Source: Chrysemys picta bellii (Eukaryota). From it: a stretch of 64,000 nucleotides of DNA. Location: the NCBI RefSeq assembly GCF_011386835.1, contig NC_088805.1:24180001-24244000 (forward strand), written 5' to 3'. How positions within the stretch are numbered: the stretch's first letter is position 1; each line of letters starts with the position of its first letter. The notes beneath the pieces were generated by a model that did no database searches, was not told where the DNA came from, and saw nothing but the letters and a program-made list of their open reading frames with translations. Positions 11,390 to 23,928 of the stretch are shown piece after piece. Made by a program: the position numbers and the translations under genes.

Positions 11390-14030
11390 AGGCTACATCA
11401 ATAAAAGCATTGCCATTGACTTCCATTAGTGTAGGAACAAATCCAAAGCTCTTAGAGGAGCTGAGGGAACTACTTTTGAAAACGTCGAACCAACGGACAT
11501 TTTGGCTGGATATTTTGACTCCCTAACCTAGCTAAAGATATGGTGAATACTCAGGTATATGCCCCTACAACTGCAGATTCTGATGAGGATGTAGAAGAAT
11601 TCTATGAAAACAATGTAGAAACAATGGAAATCAGCGGTGGGAGGAAAGAATAGTAAGTTTTATAGGAAATTGGAATGCAAAAGTAGGACGAGAGAGAGAG
11701 TATCTGTGGCAGTTGTTCCTTTTAGTCTTGGTGAAAGAAACCACAGTGGACAAAGATTCTTAGAATTTTGCAAGAAACATGACTGCATTATCTGCAATAC
11801 TTAGTATGAACAAAAAGAAAGCACAAAGCATTCATAGGAATCACCACAAGGGATGTACAAAAAACAAATTGATTTTATCACAATCAACCGTAGGCATAGA
11901 AATGGTATTAGGAAGGTTAATGATTTACCAAGGGCAGATTGCGGATCAGATCATACATTGGTATTGATGAGACTGAATATCAAATTGAAAAAGTTACAGA
12001 AAATCAAATGCTATATAAGATGGAACCTGGAAGCCCTGAGGAATCACAAGATACAAAGTCACTACCAAGAAGAAGTGATGCAGATCATTAATGAAAACAA
12101 TGACCAAGTGACTTGGGAATGCCTGAAATAGGATATCAAAGAAGTTCAGATAAGCATGTAGGGGAAGAAGTTAATAGCTAAGAAAAACCCGTGGATAACA
12201 GATGACATCGTTGCTTTGATGGACGAAAGAAGAAAAATAAAAGCACAAAGCTTGACAACAGAAAAGTGGAATACCAAAGACAAAATAAAATGATAAAGAA
12301 TAAATGCAGATTAGTGAGGTCTGAATGATTGAATAAGAAATGCAAAGAAATCGAACAAGTGGATAAAGAGAACAAACAAAGTGAGATGTATTGAAAGATA
12401 AGAGCCTTCAATTACAGTAGAAAGATGAAAATAGAACCTTTAAGGACAAAATTGGACAGTATTTCACAGACCTATAAAACATGAATGAGAGATGGCAAGA
12501 ATGTATTAAGGAACTATATGGTGATTTTAGTCTGGAAAAACCTGAACTAGAGATTAATCAAGAACGCCTGCTGATAATGGATGAAGAAATCATGGCAACA
12601 ATAAAGAGACTTCCAAATGGAAAAGCAGTAGGTTGTGATGGAATAACTGGCTGAATTGTTAAAAAAGCATAGGGGATGAAGCTTTGAAAGCCCTGTCAGA
12701 GATAATAAAGAATAAGTCTGAGACAGGAGAATTGTCAATAGACTTCTGTTTGTATCCAGATTTGCTCCCCCCCACCCAAATGCTATGAATTGTAAAGTCT
12801 AGAGAACTATCAGCCTAATACTGTATACCTCTAAGATACTTTTATGAGTTGTTCAATATTGAATACAAGAAAAGATTGATAAGCAAATAAATTAAGAACA
12901 ATACGGCTTCAAATGTGGAAAGGGCACGATAAATGGCATTATGAACTTGAAACTCATATTAGAAAGATCAATTGAAATGGGGAAACCAATATATTTGTGG
13001 GTTTTTTGCAGACTTCCAGAAAGCATTTGACAGAATCTACCAGTACAAATTGCTTAACATAGGAAGGTCTGTAAGGATTGATGGATACAAACGCCAAGAA
13101 ACAAAATCAATTTATTCTGGAATCAGAAGGTGATTATAATGGGAGATGAAAATGAGAATCTAATAGAGATCAAGAGAGGAGTGAGACAAGGTTGTATAAT
13201 GTCACCAACTTTGTTCAACATTTAGAGTGCATATTTGATTAAATTAATTGAAGAAACAGAAGAAGGTATTAAAATGAATAGAAAATGGGTGAATAACATT
13301 CACAATGCAGATGACAGCACTGTTGGCTGATTCAGAAGAAGGTCTGATGAATTAGTGGAGATTATATATATGAATGTGGCAAAGAATATGGTCTAGCGTT
13401 GAATGTAGACAAGAAAAAAAAAACTATGGTATGCAAGGATTTTGGAAAATATGCAAGCTTCCAATGAGTGAGACAGCCATACACAAGTGAGAAAATATTG
13501 CTACCTAGGAAACATAATTATAAAAGATGGAACACTGGATATTGAAGTCAGCACCAGAATAGTAAGAGCGAAAGAGATGTTCTGGAAGAATAATCATCTG
13601 ATGAGAAGAGAGATAAATCTGAAGACTTACTTAAAAACTTACTTTTGGTTTGTGTTAAATTATAGATGTGAAACATGGATAGCCAAGCAATAGATAATAA
13701 GCTACAGTCCTTCAAATTGTGGTATTAGAATTTAGATTAGAAAGTATCGTTGATAGAGAACGTAAGCAAAGAAAAAGTACTGGAGATGATTGAACTCAGC
13801 TAATGCTTATCAAAGATCTTATGAGAAGAAAGATTCGATTCGCAAGGCACATTTGAAGGGGTTCAATGGGTGGGGCAGGTTTACCCATACTATAGGGGAA
13901 AGTTGTTGGCAGAAGAACACAAGGCAGAAAAAGATCTTTGATGGATGATGGAGATCAAAAGGACTATTCATCCACAAAAACATTTGCAGAAATTCTCGGT
14001 GAAGCAGCACTACTTCAGGAAGCAATTGCA
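11390..14030 (+). mobile_element. RTE-clade LINE, degraded (APE endonuclease + reverse transcriptase)
   Basis: Hand translation gives EN motifs QVYAPTTADSDEDVEEFYE (from ~11552), GNWNAKVG, LGERNHSGQRFLEFC, QIDFI…ADCGSDH and RT motifs KAVGCDGI (~12620), DFQKAFD (~13010), RGVRQGCIMSPTLFNI (~13175), NADD (~13305), YCYLG; many stops and frameshifts. Confidence 0.92.
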
Positions 14031-14977
14031 CTATTCACTTTTCAATATCTTGGCATTAGAATCCTGATGGAAATGAAAGATCTCTACTTGGCTTCTGTGT
14101 TGGGTGTGGATTTTTTTTAAAGTAATTTTGAAAATAAACATTTCAGTTTGTCAACCATTACTATTAAGAGACTAATCCACTCTGCTGTCCTAAGTTTTCT
14201 CCCTAATGACAAAATTGAAAGAGCCCTATTTTTTTGAAATTTTAAGGTTTCCATAGTTTTTGCAGAAAGCAGGAAATGTGCATCAGTGCTACAACATTTA
14301 TGGCTCTGTTAACTTGCTGAAATGCATCTTTTTGATTTAATAGGTGGGTTTTGGTTTTGTATTTTAATAGAGGGGAAATGGAAGAGCCAGATTCTGCACT
14401 GAAGGGCAGAACTTTGGTATGAGCTTGATTTATCCATACTGGGGCACAACTTCACCCTAAGTCAGTAACAGCCCAGTGTCAGATTTTTGGCTTAGATTTG
14501 TGTTCATTGATGATTATGAGCCAAGCTGGAGAAAGCTAACTGAATTGAGATGTGTGTTGAAATTCAAGGTTCTCTGAACTTTGGGAGTGGTCGGAGATGC
14601 ACATATAAGATTGGCTGTTACAGATACCTTTTTATATATCACTCCACTTGTAATAGGCTGCCATCTTGGTTGGCCTCGAAAAGTGCTCTGACTGTCAGGT
14701 CTAACTCCAGCTCCAGACCTTCTAACTTACCCAGGTCTTGTTCTTGTAGAACAGGATTTACCTTTGTTTGTCAATGTATGAAATCTAGCCCTGTGAAGAG
14801 AGTCCATGCAAGGCTTATGCACCACCTACCCCCAGTTATGTACTTAAAATAGATCTTGAAAGAGATTTAAATGGTATGTAAGCTTTGTGTTAGCCCTCTG
14901 AACTTCGCCCAGAAATTGAGCCTCATGAGTTCCAGTGTAAATAGCTTTGTGTGATGATTAGTGCCTGATGGACTCAC

Positions 14978-15145
14978 CTGGCTCCTGGAAATCTTTCAGC
15001 TCCTCTTCTTGTTTACATAAGTCTGTCATCCATTCAGTTTGCATGCAAATAACAATGAGGTGTGGTGTAGGCAACCAGTCTCGTACCGTAAGTTGCAAAT
15101 AGTTGGTAAAGAATAGCGAGCATGTATGTTCGTAAATCTCAAAAC
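14978..15145 (-). other. Candidate spliced exon (168 nt, phase 1-1, open frame), gene unidentified
   Basis: Acceptor gaattattctcag|GT, donor CAG|gtgagt; frame reads FEIYEHTCSLFFTNYLQLTVRDWLPTPHLIVICMQTEWMTDLCKQEEELKDFQEP; no homolog recognised. Confidence 0.35.
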
Positions 15146-17637
15146 CTGAGAATAATTCACAAATGGGTAAAGGGGCTAAAATCTCACGTAAATACTCTCT
15201 GACTAGACCACCCACGTCTAGGCCTTAAAGCCCTACACTGGAGTCCCCTCTTGTATTTTTGTTGTTTGATGCCTGTTGAGTCATAGATTTTAAGGCCTGA
15301 AGTGATTTTTAGTTTAGAGGAAACCAAAGATAACCCAGGACATTGAATTCCACCAAAGCAATTCACTGCAGTGCAAGGAATTCTTCTTCTAAACAGACAT
15401 CCAATCTTGATTGAAAATCTCTACGATTTTCATTGCACTAAAGCCACTTTACACCTCTCTGTAAATAAGACTCAGGTCCCATGCCCCTTGGTAAACTCCT
15501 CCACTGTTTAGTTCCCTGCACTGTTTAAAAAGCTGCGTGTATTCCGATCATCTATCTAATCTACACTGTATACTATGTGCAGCAGATTCAGTGCTTAAAT
15601 GTTTTACACCAGCATTGTAGAAATACCTGAGGTAGATAAAGCTAGGAGGTCACCAAATTGAATTGGTTGTGCAGTAAGCGTGGCAGCTGTTTATAAATCT
15701 CAAATACAGACTATTGTGTCCAAAAGAGAGAGAGAAATTATGCAGCTCCTTATTATTTTTCAGACAGGAGGAAAATGCTGCCCTGATTCTCTTTACATCT
15801 TGAATGGCTTATCACCATTTAGCAGCTTGGCGCAGCATAAAAGGAAAACAATTATTAATGAAAAGTCTCCCTTGGAGAGGCTGGTGACCCTAACACACAA
15901 GACCTTGGCTGAATTCCAGGTTCTACTGCTGTTGACTTTTAACCTTCAGAGATGCACTGAGCCCGGAGAAGACTCAAATGATGGACATTTGCTTATAATG
16001 AGTGAAATATTGCTCCAAGCCAGCCCTGCTATCTAGAAAGGCTCAAGTTAATGCAGTTCTGCTGTGTGATTGGGGGCAAAGGGGAACTACTGTCTGTGCA
16101 GAGGGACACCAAACCCTAAGCATGACCCTTTGTCTATGCAGCATGGAGGATGACTTTTTGGGACAGAGAGGAAGGGTGGATCTGAAAGTGGGGGTCAGTA
16201 TAACCCCCCCTGTGAAGCCAGGGCATGTGCAATCTCCTTCCTCACTGACTGCCAGAAGCAGAACCCAGAGGTACCTCAGCCATTACTACAACATTATCAC
16301 CATTTCACACAGAGAAACCAGTCTAGAGGTGTCTGTGAAACAGGAACCACTGAGTTCTACCAGGCACAGTACCCGGACTATTTTCAGGTGGAGTAGCAGA
16401 AGCAGCTGTAGCTTTCAGTGGGCCAGGCAGCTTCTTAGTTTGCTTCATTTCAGGGATAGCTGAGATACCTCTGCTCTAATACCGTGCCAGTTTGAGAAGC
16501 TATTGATGCCCTCCTGGGCAGGCTCTGCCTGTGGAGAACCCCACTGTTTAGATTTCATGTGATTTGGTGCTGGTGGGTTCCGAAAATGTATTGTGAGTCA
16601 GTTCCCAGAACATTAAAAATGAAAGCACTTGGTTGCAAGAAATGAGGTGGCAGGCCATCAAGACAGATGAGCACTGACCTCCAGGAGCATGTGATGGAGA
16701 TGCTTACTCTTGAAGAACCATAGCTTATCCCAGGAATGTGAGGTAGTAAAAAGTGGCCACTAAAGCACCCACTTCAGTTTCTCTTAAATGACGTATATTA
16801 AGTGCATTAAGGAAATGGTTGGGCAGGAAAGGGTATGGAAACCCCCTTTTAACATTCCTTCTGCAATAAAAAGCATCTAGTGTAATGAACAGAGAGGTTA
16901 GTAACATCTTCCATATGCCTCGTGTTTTCAGAAAAGGGCATTTTTCTGTTTACAGCATCTTCCTTTTAAATAGTTGAATTGAAATTAATTATTTCATTGC
17001 TGATAACACTCTTGCAAAGAGACCGGACTGAAGGAGTCATTGATTTCCCCGTTCACAGCACGCTCAGCAGCGGTAGTGTGAGTGCTCCATGCTTTAATCT
17101 CCAATATGAAAGGAATAACAGAGGTCACTGTGGATTTGCATTGTTGAAAGTGATTATTAGCAGAGCTGAGAGAGCTTGCAACAGGGCCAGTTTGCACTTC
17201 ATTTAGGTTTATAGGTATTTATTTCTCTATTCCCCGGCACCTCTAAGCCCCACAAGCTCACGAGTCCAAGACAAGCTAATTAAAATGACTTGTTTCTTTT
17301 AAGTATGCCTGGGTGCAGCTCGGCTCAAAGCCAGAGTAGGTTTATTTTTAATATGGCTGCTTTAAAAATGATTGTTTTCCTTTCCCATCTCCAGTGCAGA
17401 ATTCTTCCTCCTTGATAGGCCTGCTTCTTCTTTTCCTTTAACTACTGCTCCAGCAAGGTGCTCTAGTTACAACGCTGGCAAATGGAGCTCTTGTATTTAG
17501 CTGAAAAACAAGCCGAGCAGAGGCTTTTGCAGTACTGGCATTGCTGCGATGCCTCAGTATTTATCTGGAGGGGAATCCTGCTCCACGGGTGAGAAAGTAG
17601 TTGTCTCAGTCTTTTCTGCTGCTCCAATGCTGTCTGT

Positions 17638-18240
17638 CATTTATTTGTATTACAGTAACTCCTAGACCAGTGGTTCTCAAACTAGGGCTGCCGCTTGGTT
17701 AGGAAGAGCCCCTGGCGGGCCAGACCGGTTTGTTTACCTGCCATGTCCGCAGGTTTGGCCGATCGCAGATTCCAGTGGCCGCAGTTAGCTGCTCCAGGCC
17801 AATGGGGGCTGCGGGAAGTGGCGGTCAGTACGTCCCTCGGCCTGCGCCACTTCCTGTAGTTCCCATAGGCCTGGAGTGGCGAACCACGGCCACTGGGAGC
17901 TGTGATCGGCTGAACCTGCGGACATGGCAGGTAAACAAACTGGCCCGGCCCACCAGGGGCTTTCCCTGAACAAGTGGCGGCCCTAGTTTGAGAACCACTG
18001 TCCTAGAGGACCTAGTTGATAGCAGGGCCCTTGTGTCCTAGGTGCCATGCATACACATCAGAGACAGTCCTTGCCCAATAGAGTTCTCAATCTGAATAGA
18101 CAAGACAAAGGGCCAGAGGAGAAGTAGAGGCACAAAGTGGGTGTGACTTGGCCAAGGTCACCCAGCTGGCCCGCAGCAGAGAGGGGAGTAAAATTCTGGT
18201 CTCCTGATTCCCAGCCCAGTTCCCTATCCATGTTGTTGGC
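17638..18240 (-). mobile_element. L2-tailed CORE-SINE/L2 fragment split by a hAT MITE
   Basis: Tail sequence resumes directly after the MITE (cctag|aggacctag…cagtccttgcccaatagag); MIR-like tgacttggccaaggtcacccag further right. Confidence 0.6.
17668..18000. mobile_element. hAT (Charlie-like) MITE with long internal inverted arms
   Basis: Perfect 16-bp TIR CAGTGGTTCTCAAACT; TSD TCCTAGAC/TCCTAGAG (7/8); subterminal arms of ~100 bp are inverted copies of each other. Confidence 0.93.
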
Positions 18241-19841
18241 TTCTGCACACCTTTGACTCCATATTCAAGCTATTCATCCTTGTATCTTAAAAAGGGGCCC
18301 TTCCCAGCTCTCCGTCTGCCCCCGTCTCATCCTACCTTCCTCTCGCTCCTGCTGCGGCACACCACCTTACCTTGCCACTGCTGCCTTTGTTTCTTCTGCG
18401 CCCTTATGGCTCATTGTTTTCTTTCATGTTGCACTTGGAACAGTTGCCTGAAGACCTACTGGTCCTGTGGAGTGCCCCAGTTATACAACAATCCCCCGCA
18501 ACTTTGTGTGTGTTCCGTTCTATAGTGTCCCGGACTCATACGGGAGGCTCCTCGGGGAGTTTGGTTGCAATGAGTATGCACAGTATGTATCTACAGCGCT
18601 GTGCAAAGAATCCGCACATTTCCTGGCACTGACCCTCTCCTGGGCTAATCACACCTACTTTTAATATGTCACTGGTTTGCTCCAGCAACCCTGATTCCAT
18701 CACCAAGGCCTTTCTGGGTGCACATCCCAACCCAGGGAGCTGTCTGCTGAGAGTTATGCTGGCAGCAGGGGTGCCAGGAACCCAGAGTTTGTAATTACAA
18801 TGCCTTTCAAGAATCCAGTTGAGGCTCATTCAGAGGAGATCAAGAACTCAAATCCTTAATATTAGGTTGAGATGTTAACGTACAGTGTAATTACCCGGCC
18901 ACTTCTTTTATTTCTATGCCATGTAGCTGCACAGATCCCCTGTTTTGAAAGAAACACCTTCATCCTTCTGTCTCTCCTTCTCGTTTATTTGTACTTTCCA
19001 CTCTCCTGAATCAAACGGACTCATTAACGGAACTGAAGGGCTGGAGATATATATATATATATATTTTCCTCTGCAGAGAAAAAAAATAGAATGAAAGGCT
19101 GAAGTTCTTAAATCTGCCTGTGACTGCAAAGATGACTCAATCCCCGTATATTCTGTAGCTTGCAGTTAAAAAGGGGTCAATAAGCTGGATCTCTGAGGTC
19201 GGGAGGAATATATAATTTCAATCATTAGAGGAATGACAGGCATGCAAAGTAAAACTCCGTGCATTTTGTTGAATATTTATATTCCATAATCTTCCTTTCT
19301 CCCAGTGTGCTTCAGTGGAACAAGAACTTTGTTGTAATCTATATTCTTGTATTATAGAATCGAACAAGCAAAATAAGTTATTTTATGGACACCTTTTCAG
19401 CTCAGCTTTTTCCACCCAATCTGCCTCCTAATAATGAATGGAAAATTCTGTATTTTACAGTTTCATCCTTTGAAGGTGTGGAATGGATTTAAATGCATGT
19501 GTGAGTTCTTTGAAGGGTACAACACGTATCTAGAACTTTTGTTTGCATGTTTCAAATACCAGCTAGAGAGGAAATTTTGCATTCTGGGTACACCACGTTT
19601 TCTGATATATTGTGAATTGTCATCACAGGAGATTTCCATCGGTGTAAGTTTAACTGCATAAGTATCTATTGTTTTAGTTTAGGGCAAAACTCTGATGGTA
19701 GCAAAGCTTTAATATTTTTTAGTCTCTTTGAAGAGTGGCTCATCTCGGAGAATTGACTCTGTAAAAATGTCGTGAGTGGGTTCTGTGTTTATTGGCTATT
19801 GATTACTCCACAGTAAAAGTCAATAGGACTTACCCTTTAGG

Positions 19842-20137
19842 AGCCTATGTCTACACTGCAGTAAAAAATCCCATGGCAGGAAGTCTCAGAGGCTGGGATA
19901 ATTGACTTGGGTTCCCGCGGCTTGGGCAGCAGGGATAAAAGTTGCAGCTCAGGCTGGAGCCGGGCCCTGAGTATCACCCACCTCACAGGGTTTCAGAGCC
20001 TGGGCTTCAACCCAAGCCTGAACATCTGCACAGCCACTTGGGCCCCGTAGCCTGAGCGTGGCAAGCTCAAGTCAGTGGAGCCGGGCCTGCCACGGCCAGG
20101 CCACCACACGCCTTTTCTTGCAGAGTAGGCATAGCCT
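19842..20137. mobile_element. PIF/Harbinger-type MITE
   Basis: TIRs AGCCTATGTCTACACTGCA / TGCAGAGTAGGCATAGCCT (16/19). Confidence 0.8.
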
Positions 20138-20185
20138 TAAGTGTCCGTTGCTTCTGAAAATGGGTAACTTTTTTTCAAAAATCGC

Positions 20186-20461
20186 TGTCACATTCTAGGG
20201 TGAAATCCTGGAATTCAGAACAATGCGGATGGGGATGTGTCACCACCTGTCCTTCAAACCTTGGGTGCTTCACAGTGCTCTGCTTTTGTGGCTCCCAACC
20301 TGGGCCACTCACAAAAAGCATACGGGTCACACCCTGAATGTCTGTGTATAACCACAGCCCTGGTCCAACAGCTCTACCCCAGCAGCCTGTCAGCAACACA
20401 CCAGCCACACTCTGGCTTCCACCAGCCTTGGTTACTACTTGCAGGGTGACCCCAACACACT
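20186..20461 (-). mobile_element. LTR 3' fragment (family of 59631-60753)
   Basis: Reverse complement aligns with 60500-60750 (gagtgtgttggggtcaccctgcaa…gtaaccaaggctggtggaagccag). Confidence 0.8.
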
Positions 20462-20595
20462 CAGTTTATTAATTCACTCAGAACCACATCTGTATTTAAT
20501 CAACAGAGCTCAGTAGAGTGTAGACACAAACAATGTTCTAGGGATGTTCTGAACATACCAATACGGTCCTGAAAGCAATTGTCAAAGACTGTGAG

Positions 20596-21324
20596 TGTGA
20601 TAGGGTGTGCTCCTCACACTTGCGCTGAAAGGGTTATCATTGGTCAGATGGGCCAATTAACCTATTAGGCTGCAGGGTGTGTGTGTGATATTTAAGCTGA
20701 GAGGAAAGCCCTAATTAAAGGAAGCTCATCCATGCAGGAACAGGCTGGGCCTCTGTAAAACAAGGGAGCTGGTAGCAGAAAGGGCTGCAGGGAAGAGGAC
20801 TGCAGTCATTCCTCTGGGACAAGGGAGTGAAAGGGATTTGGATCCAAAAGGAGGGGTTTGTCTTGCAGACCCAGAGGAAAGGGATTTGGCTAGAAGGGTG
20901 GAGAATGTCAGCCTGGGATAGGCAAGGTAGGAAATACTCCAGGAAAGTGGCAGGACAGTTTGTGGTTCCCCAGACCTGCACTGCTGGAGCTAGGGCCTTG
21001 GACTGGAACCCAGTCTGGTCTGTTTGTTCCAGCCACTGAGGGAGTGGCTTGGCCAGGACCTTGGACTTAAAGACTCCCTGGGACAGTGTGGAAAACTGTG
21101 ATAATACCCCAGAAGGGAAGGACTCTTGTGACTTGGCTGGACGGCTAAGCCCTGAAGATGAGGTGCTGCAGCTCCTGAAGAGCAAGAGAGGGGCCAAAGA
21201 GCGACAGAGAGAGACAATGGGCTCAGGAACTGCAAGAAGAGAGAGCCAGGCTGGAAGAGCTCCTCCCCAGAATGGACAGTAGGAGGCGCTCCAGCAGAGG
21301 GTCACGGTACCTATGACCGTGAGA
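20596..21324 (+). mobile_element. Solo LTR (related to 50159-50996 and 4761-5560)
   Basis: Starts TGTGATAGGG; 3' end cagtaggaggcgc…accgtgaga resembles the 3' end of the 50159 LTR; TSD degenerate. Confidence 0.7.
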
Positions 21325-21384
21325 CTTAGTAGCTACGCCAAGGAACAATGCTAATCACGTAAATTTCTTCTTATACTTATTTAT

Positions 21385-22138
21385 GACATTAATCGTCAGT
21401 TCTTTAGTTCCTAACACACTTCCAGTATTTCTCCAAGGGGTAAGGATGCACCTGTCTATAAGGTACTTTCAAGAGTGTGGTCCCTGCTATTTGAATGCTT
21501 TGGTCTGAAAGGGACAAATTTAGAATATCAGAAGCTATTGCTTAACGTTATAGTTCAAATCTCTTAGGCCAATTGCTTGGACTCAGGGAATGCATCTATC
21601 ATTAGTTAAAATCTAAAATATGGTTTCTTGAGGTCTTACTGAAGAGTGTAGACTCAGCAAGATAAGCTACAGTTACTTATGTTAAAGAACAGAAGGGGAA
21701 ATACAATTGTCAAAGAAAATCTAACTACTACTTCTTCTCCTGGGAACACTGCGATGCAGAAGAATCCTTTCCATGTGGCTGGTCTGTGCATCTGATTGCA
21801 CTAGGGATTCTGCAGCTTCTGCTTCTGCTTGGGGTAAGTCAGTTCTTGATCCCGTGACCTGGTGAGAGGGAGTTCATTGAACTCTGCTTAAACTCTTCTG
21901 CCGGAAAAAACTGCTTAGTCCTGTGTCCCTGGACGAGGGGAGAGGCTGTCCACAGGGGTTCAGCTAGCTCTGGGGTCCAATGTGATGACCTCAGCTTTAT
22001 ATACCCTGATTTCAGGACTTGTTGGAGGGGGTCACACTCTTATTTCTATTGGCCATTTGCCAAATAGTTCTTGGCTTTCAGCTCTCTATCTCACTGCTTC
22101 TCCTGTTAATATCCAGGAGCTGGCATCCACGTGTAACA
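21385..22138 (-). mobile_element. Possible solo LTR or promoter-bearing element
   Basis: Minus strand starts TGTTACA; CCAAT about 90 nt and TATATAAA about 140 nt inside, the same geometry as the 50159 and 63216 LTRs; far end unclear. Confidence 0.4.
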
Positions 22139-23699
22139 AATTTCTTCGGTGCTTTTAGTTGGAAAGCTTAGCTAATTTCATGGATTGCTTTTCAGAATTA
22201 GCCTCAATTAATTGGAATCCCCCTTTTAAAACAATTTCTTTTAATATTCCAAAATTATACCCTGGCTAGGTGCTTATATCTTCCAACGTATCTTTTTTTG
22301 TGCTATGCAACGTGCTATCACTTCTGAAGTGCAACAATAATTTTAAAAGAAAACAAAGAATCCCTTATAGACTTTTAAATCCAGTGGACATGATCCATTC
22401 ATTCTTTGATTATATCTAATGCTCTTCTCTTCACATCTTTTGAGGCTTATTATAGAATGTGAGATGGAGGAACAAGACAGATTATTCACAGTAGATGAGA
22501 TTCATAAGCAAATGTACAATTTCTAAGTTGGGGTGAACACACACACACACACATATGGCTTCTTGAGGTATCAGGAAGTTTGACCTCTGGAACGTTCAGG
22601 TTTTTGGGTCTCCACCCAAGCTATTAACTGGTTGAAACCTACATTTTTCCCCAGTCCTCTTGTTCTTAGTTAACATATAAGATACAATAGGACACTCTGC
22701 ACAGGAAAGGAGGCAGTTACTCTTATCTGTTGCCTTGCAGGGGTTTTCCTTCACTAGACGCAGAGAGATGGAACTCTTATCTGTAAGTAAATTATGGGAG
22801 TCTCTGGTTTTGAGAAACTAACAATAGTAGGAACATTCTTTCAAACATCAGGGTTTTCCTTTCCTGAGAACTGTATATTTTAGCCTTAGGTTAATTAATG
22901 ATCCCCAAACAAGATGTCTTACCTGTTGGGATGGGGCTATTGACTCTCACTGTCTTTAGCTTCAAGAGGAAATTAAGGTTGGAATATGCATAAGGGTGAT
23001 TGCCACCAGATAGTTAAAAGGGCAACAAGAGACAGGTTGTCAACATACTTTCATGGTATATTTTAGTGTCTATTACACCTTACACTGGGCTTGGATCTTG
23101 CAAACAATGAGATTTCACCCAACAGGATACATTGCAAATTAATTCTAATAGAAGTATGCAAACTCTCTATTGTACCATCAATGTAGAATGCTTTGTATGA
23201 TCCATATTATATATCCTATAGCATGATAACCATGTCTCTTCTCTGTCCACTTTGCAATGGGTTGATGCAATTTCCACAACAGAATTCCTTTCAAAATGCT
23301 ATAATAAATGTCCCAAGCTTGAAATTATGTAATAATTTCAGTCCAGATTTTGCAACACTTTCATTGGTGAGCACTTATTCACACAACTTCCCATTGACTT
23401 CCCTAAGACTACTTGTGTGAGAGAGCACTCATTCATGGGTGAAATTAACCCCTATGCAGAGGAGCAGCATATGGCCTAAAGTCTACTTAAGCAGGATGTT
23501 AAGTGGCATTGTGCTGGCCCTCGGCCACTAACATGAGCACAGGCTAGCCCTTGATATTTAGCCAACCTGGATCAATGCTGAAAACCTCCTCTCCAGAAGC
23601 CTGGAATTCAAATGCAGAGCAACTGATGATGTAGGCTTCATTTCTCTTGGCTATATGGGGAAATTTGTGCTCAGTGAGCTAAGGTATAAAGTTAAAACT

Positions 23700-23928
23700 C
23701 ACTAGTTTCTCTGCACTAACTTCCTGTGTGCACACTTTTACTGTGCACGGAGAGCCTGCATGCATGTTAGCTTAATGCACTTTGGAAGGGTATTAAGCTA
23801 AAATGTGTGAGGGCACTCTTAGTGCGCAGTAAGAGTGTCCACCCAGGAATTTAGTGCAGAGTAGCTAGTACACTTCAAATTCACACTCTAGATCCCTGTG
23901 CGCTAACCTCCCTGTGCTAGACAAGCCC
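23700..23928. mobile_element. Harbinger-type MITE remnant
   Basis: Right TIR gctagacaagccc and internal inverted segments; left end uncertain. Confidence 0.5.

Noticed and set aside
14731-14790. 60-nt minus-strand exon as a coding continuation of 14978-15145
   Set aside because: In the required phase it reads GLDFIH* (premature stop); compatible only with a non-coding or alternative transcript
16002-16463. 153-aa plus-strand ORF and overlapping frames
   Set aside because: No recognisable homology and no convincing paired splice sites
20715-21305. 196-aa minus-strand ORF, the longest ORF outside LINE ORF2
   Set aside because: It lies antisense within the solo LTR 20596-21324, has low-complexity Ser/Leu/Pro composition and no recognisable domain
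22535-23044. Possible additional LTR (minus strand starts TGTTGACA; repeated CAGATAAGAGT)
   Set aside because: No matching second terminus or TSD found
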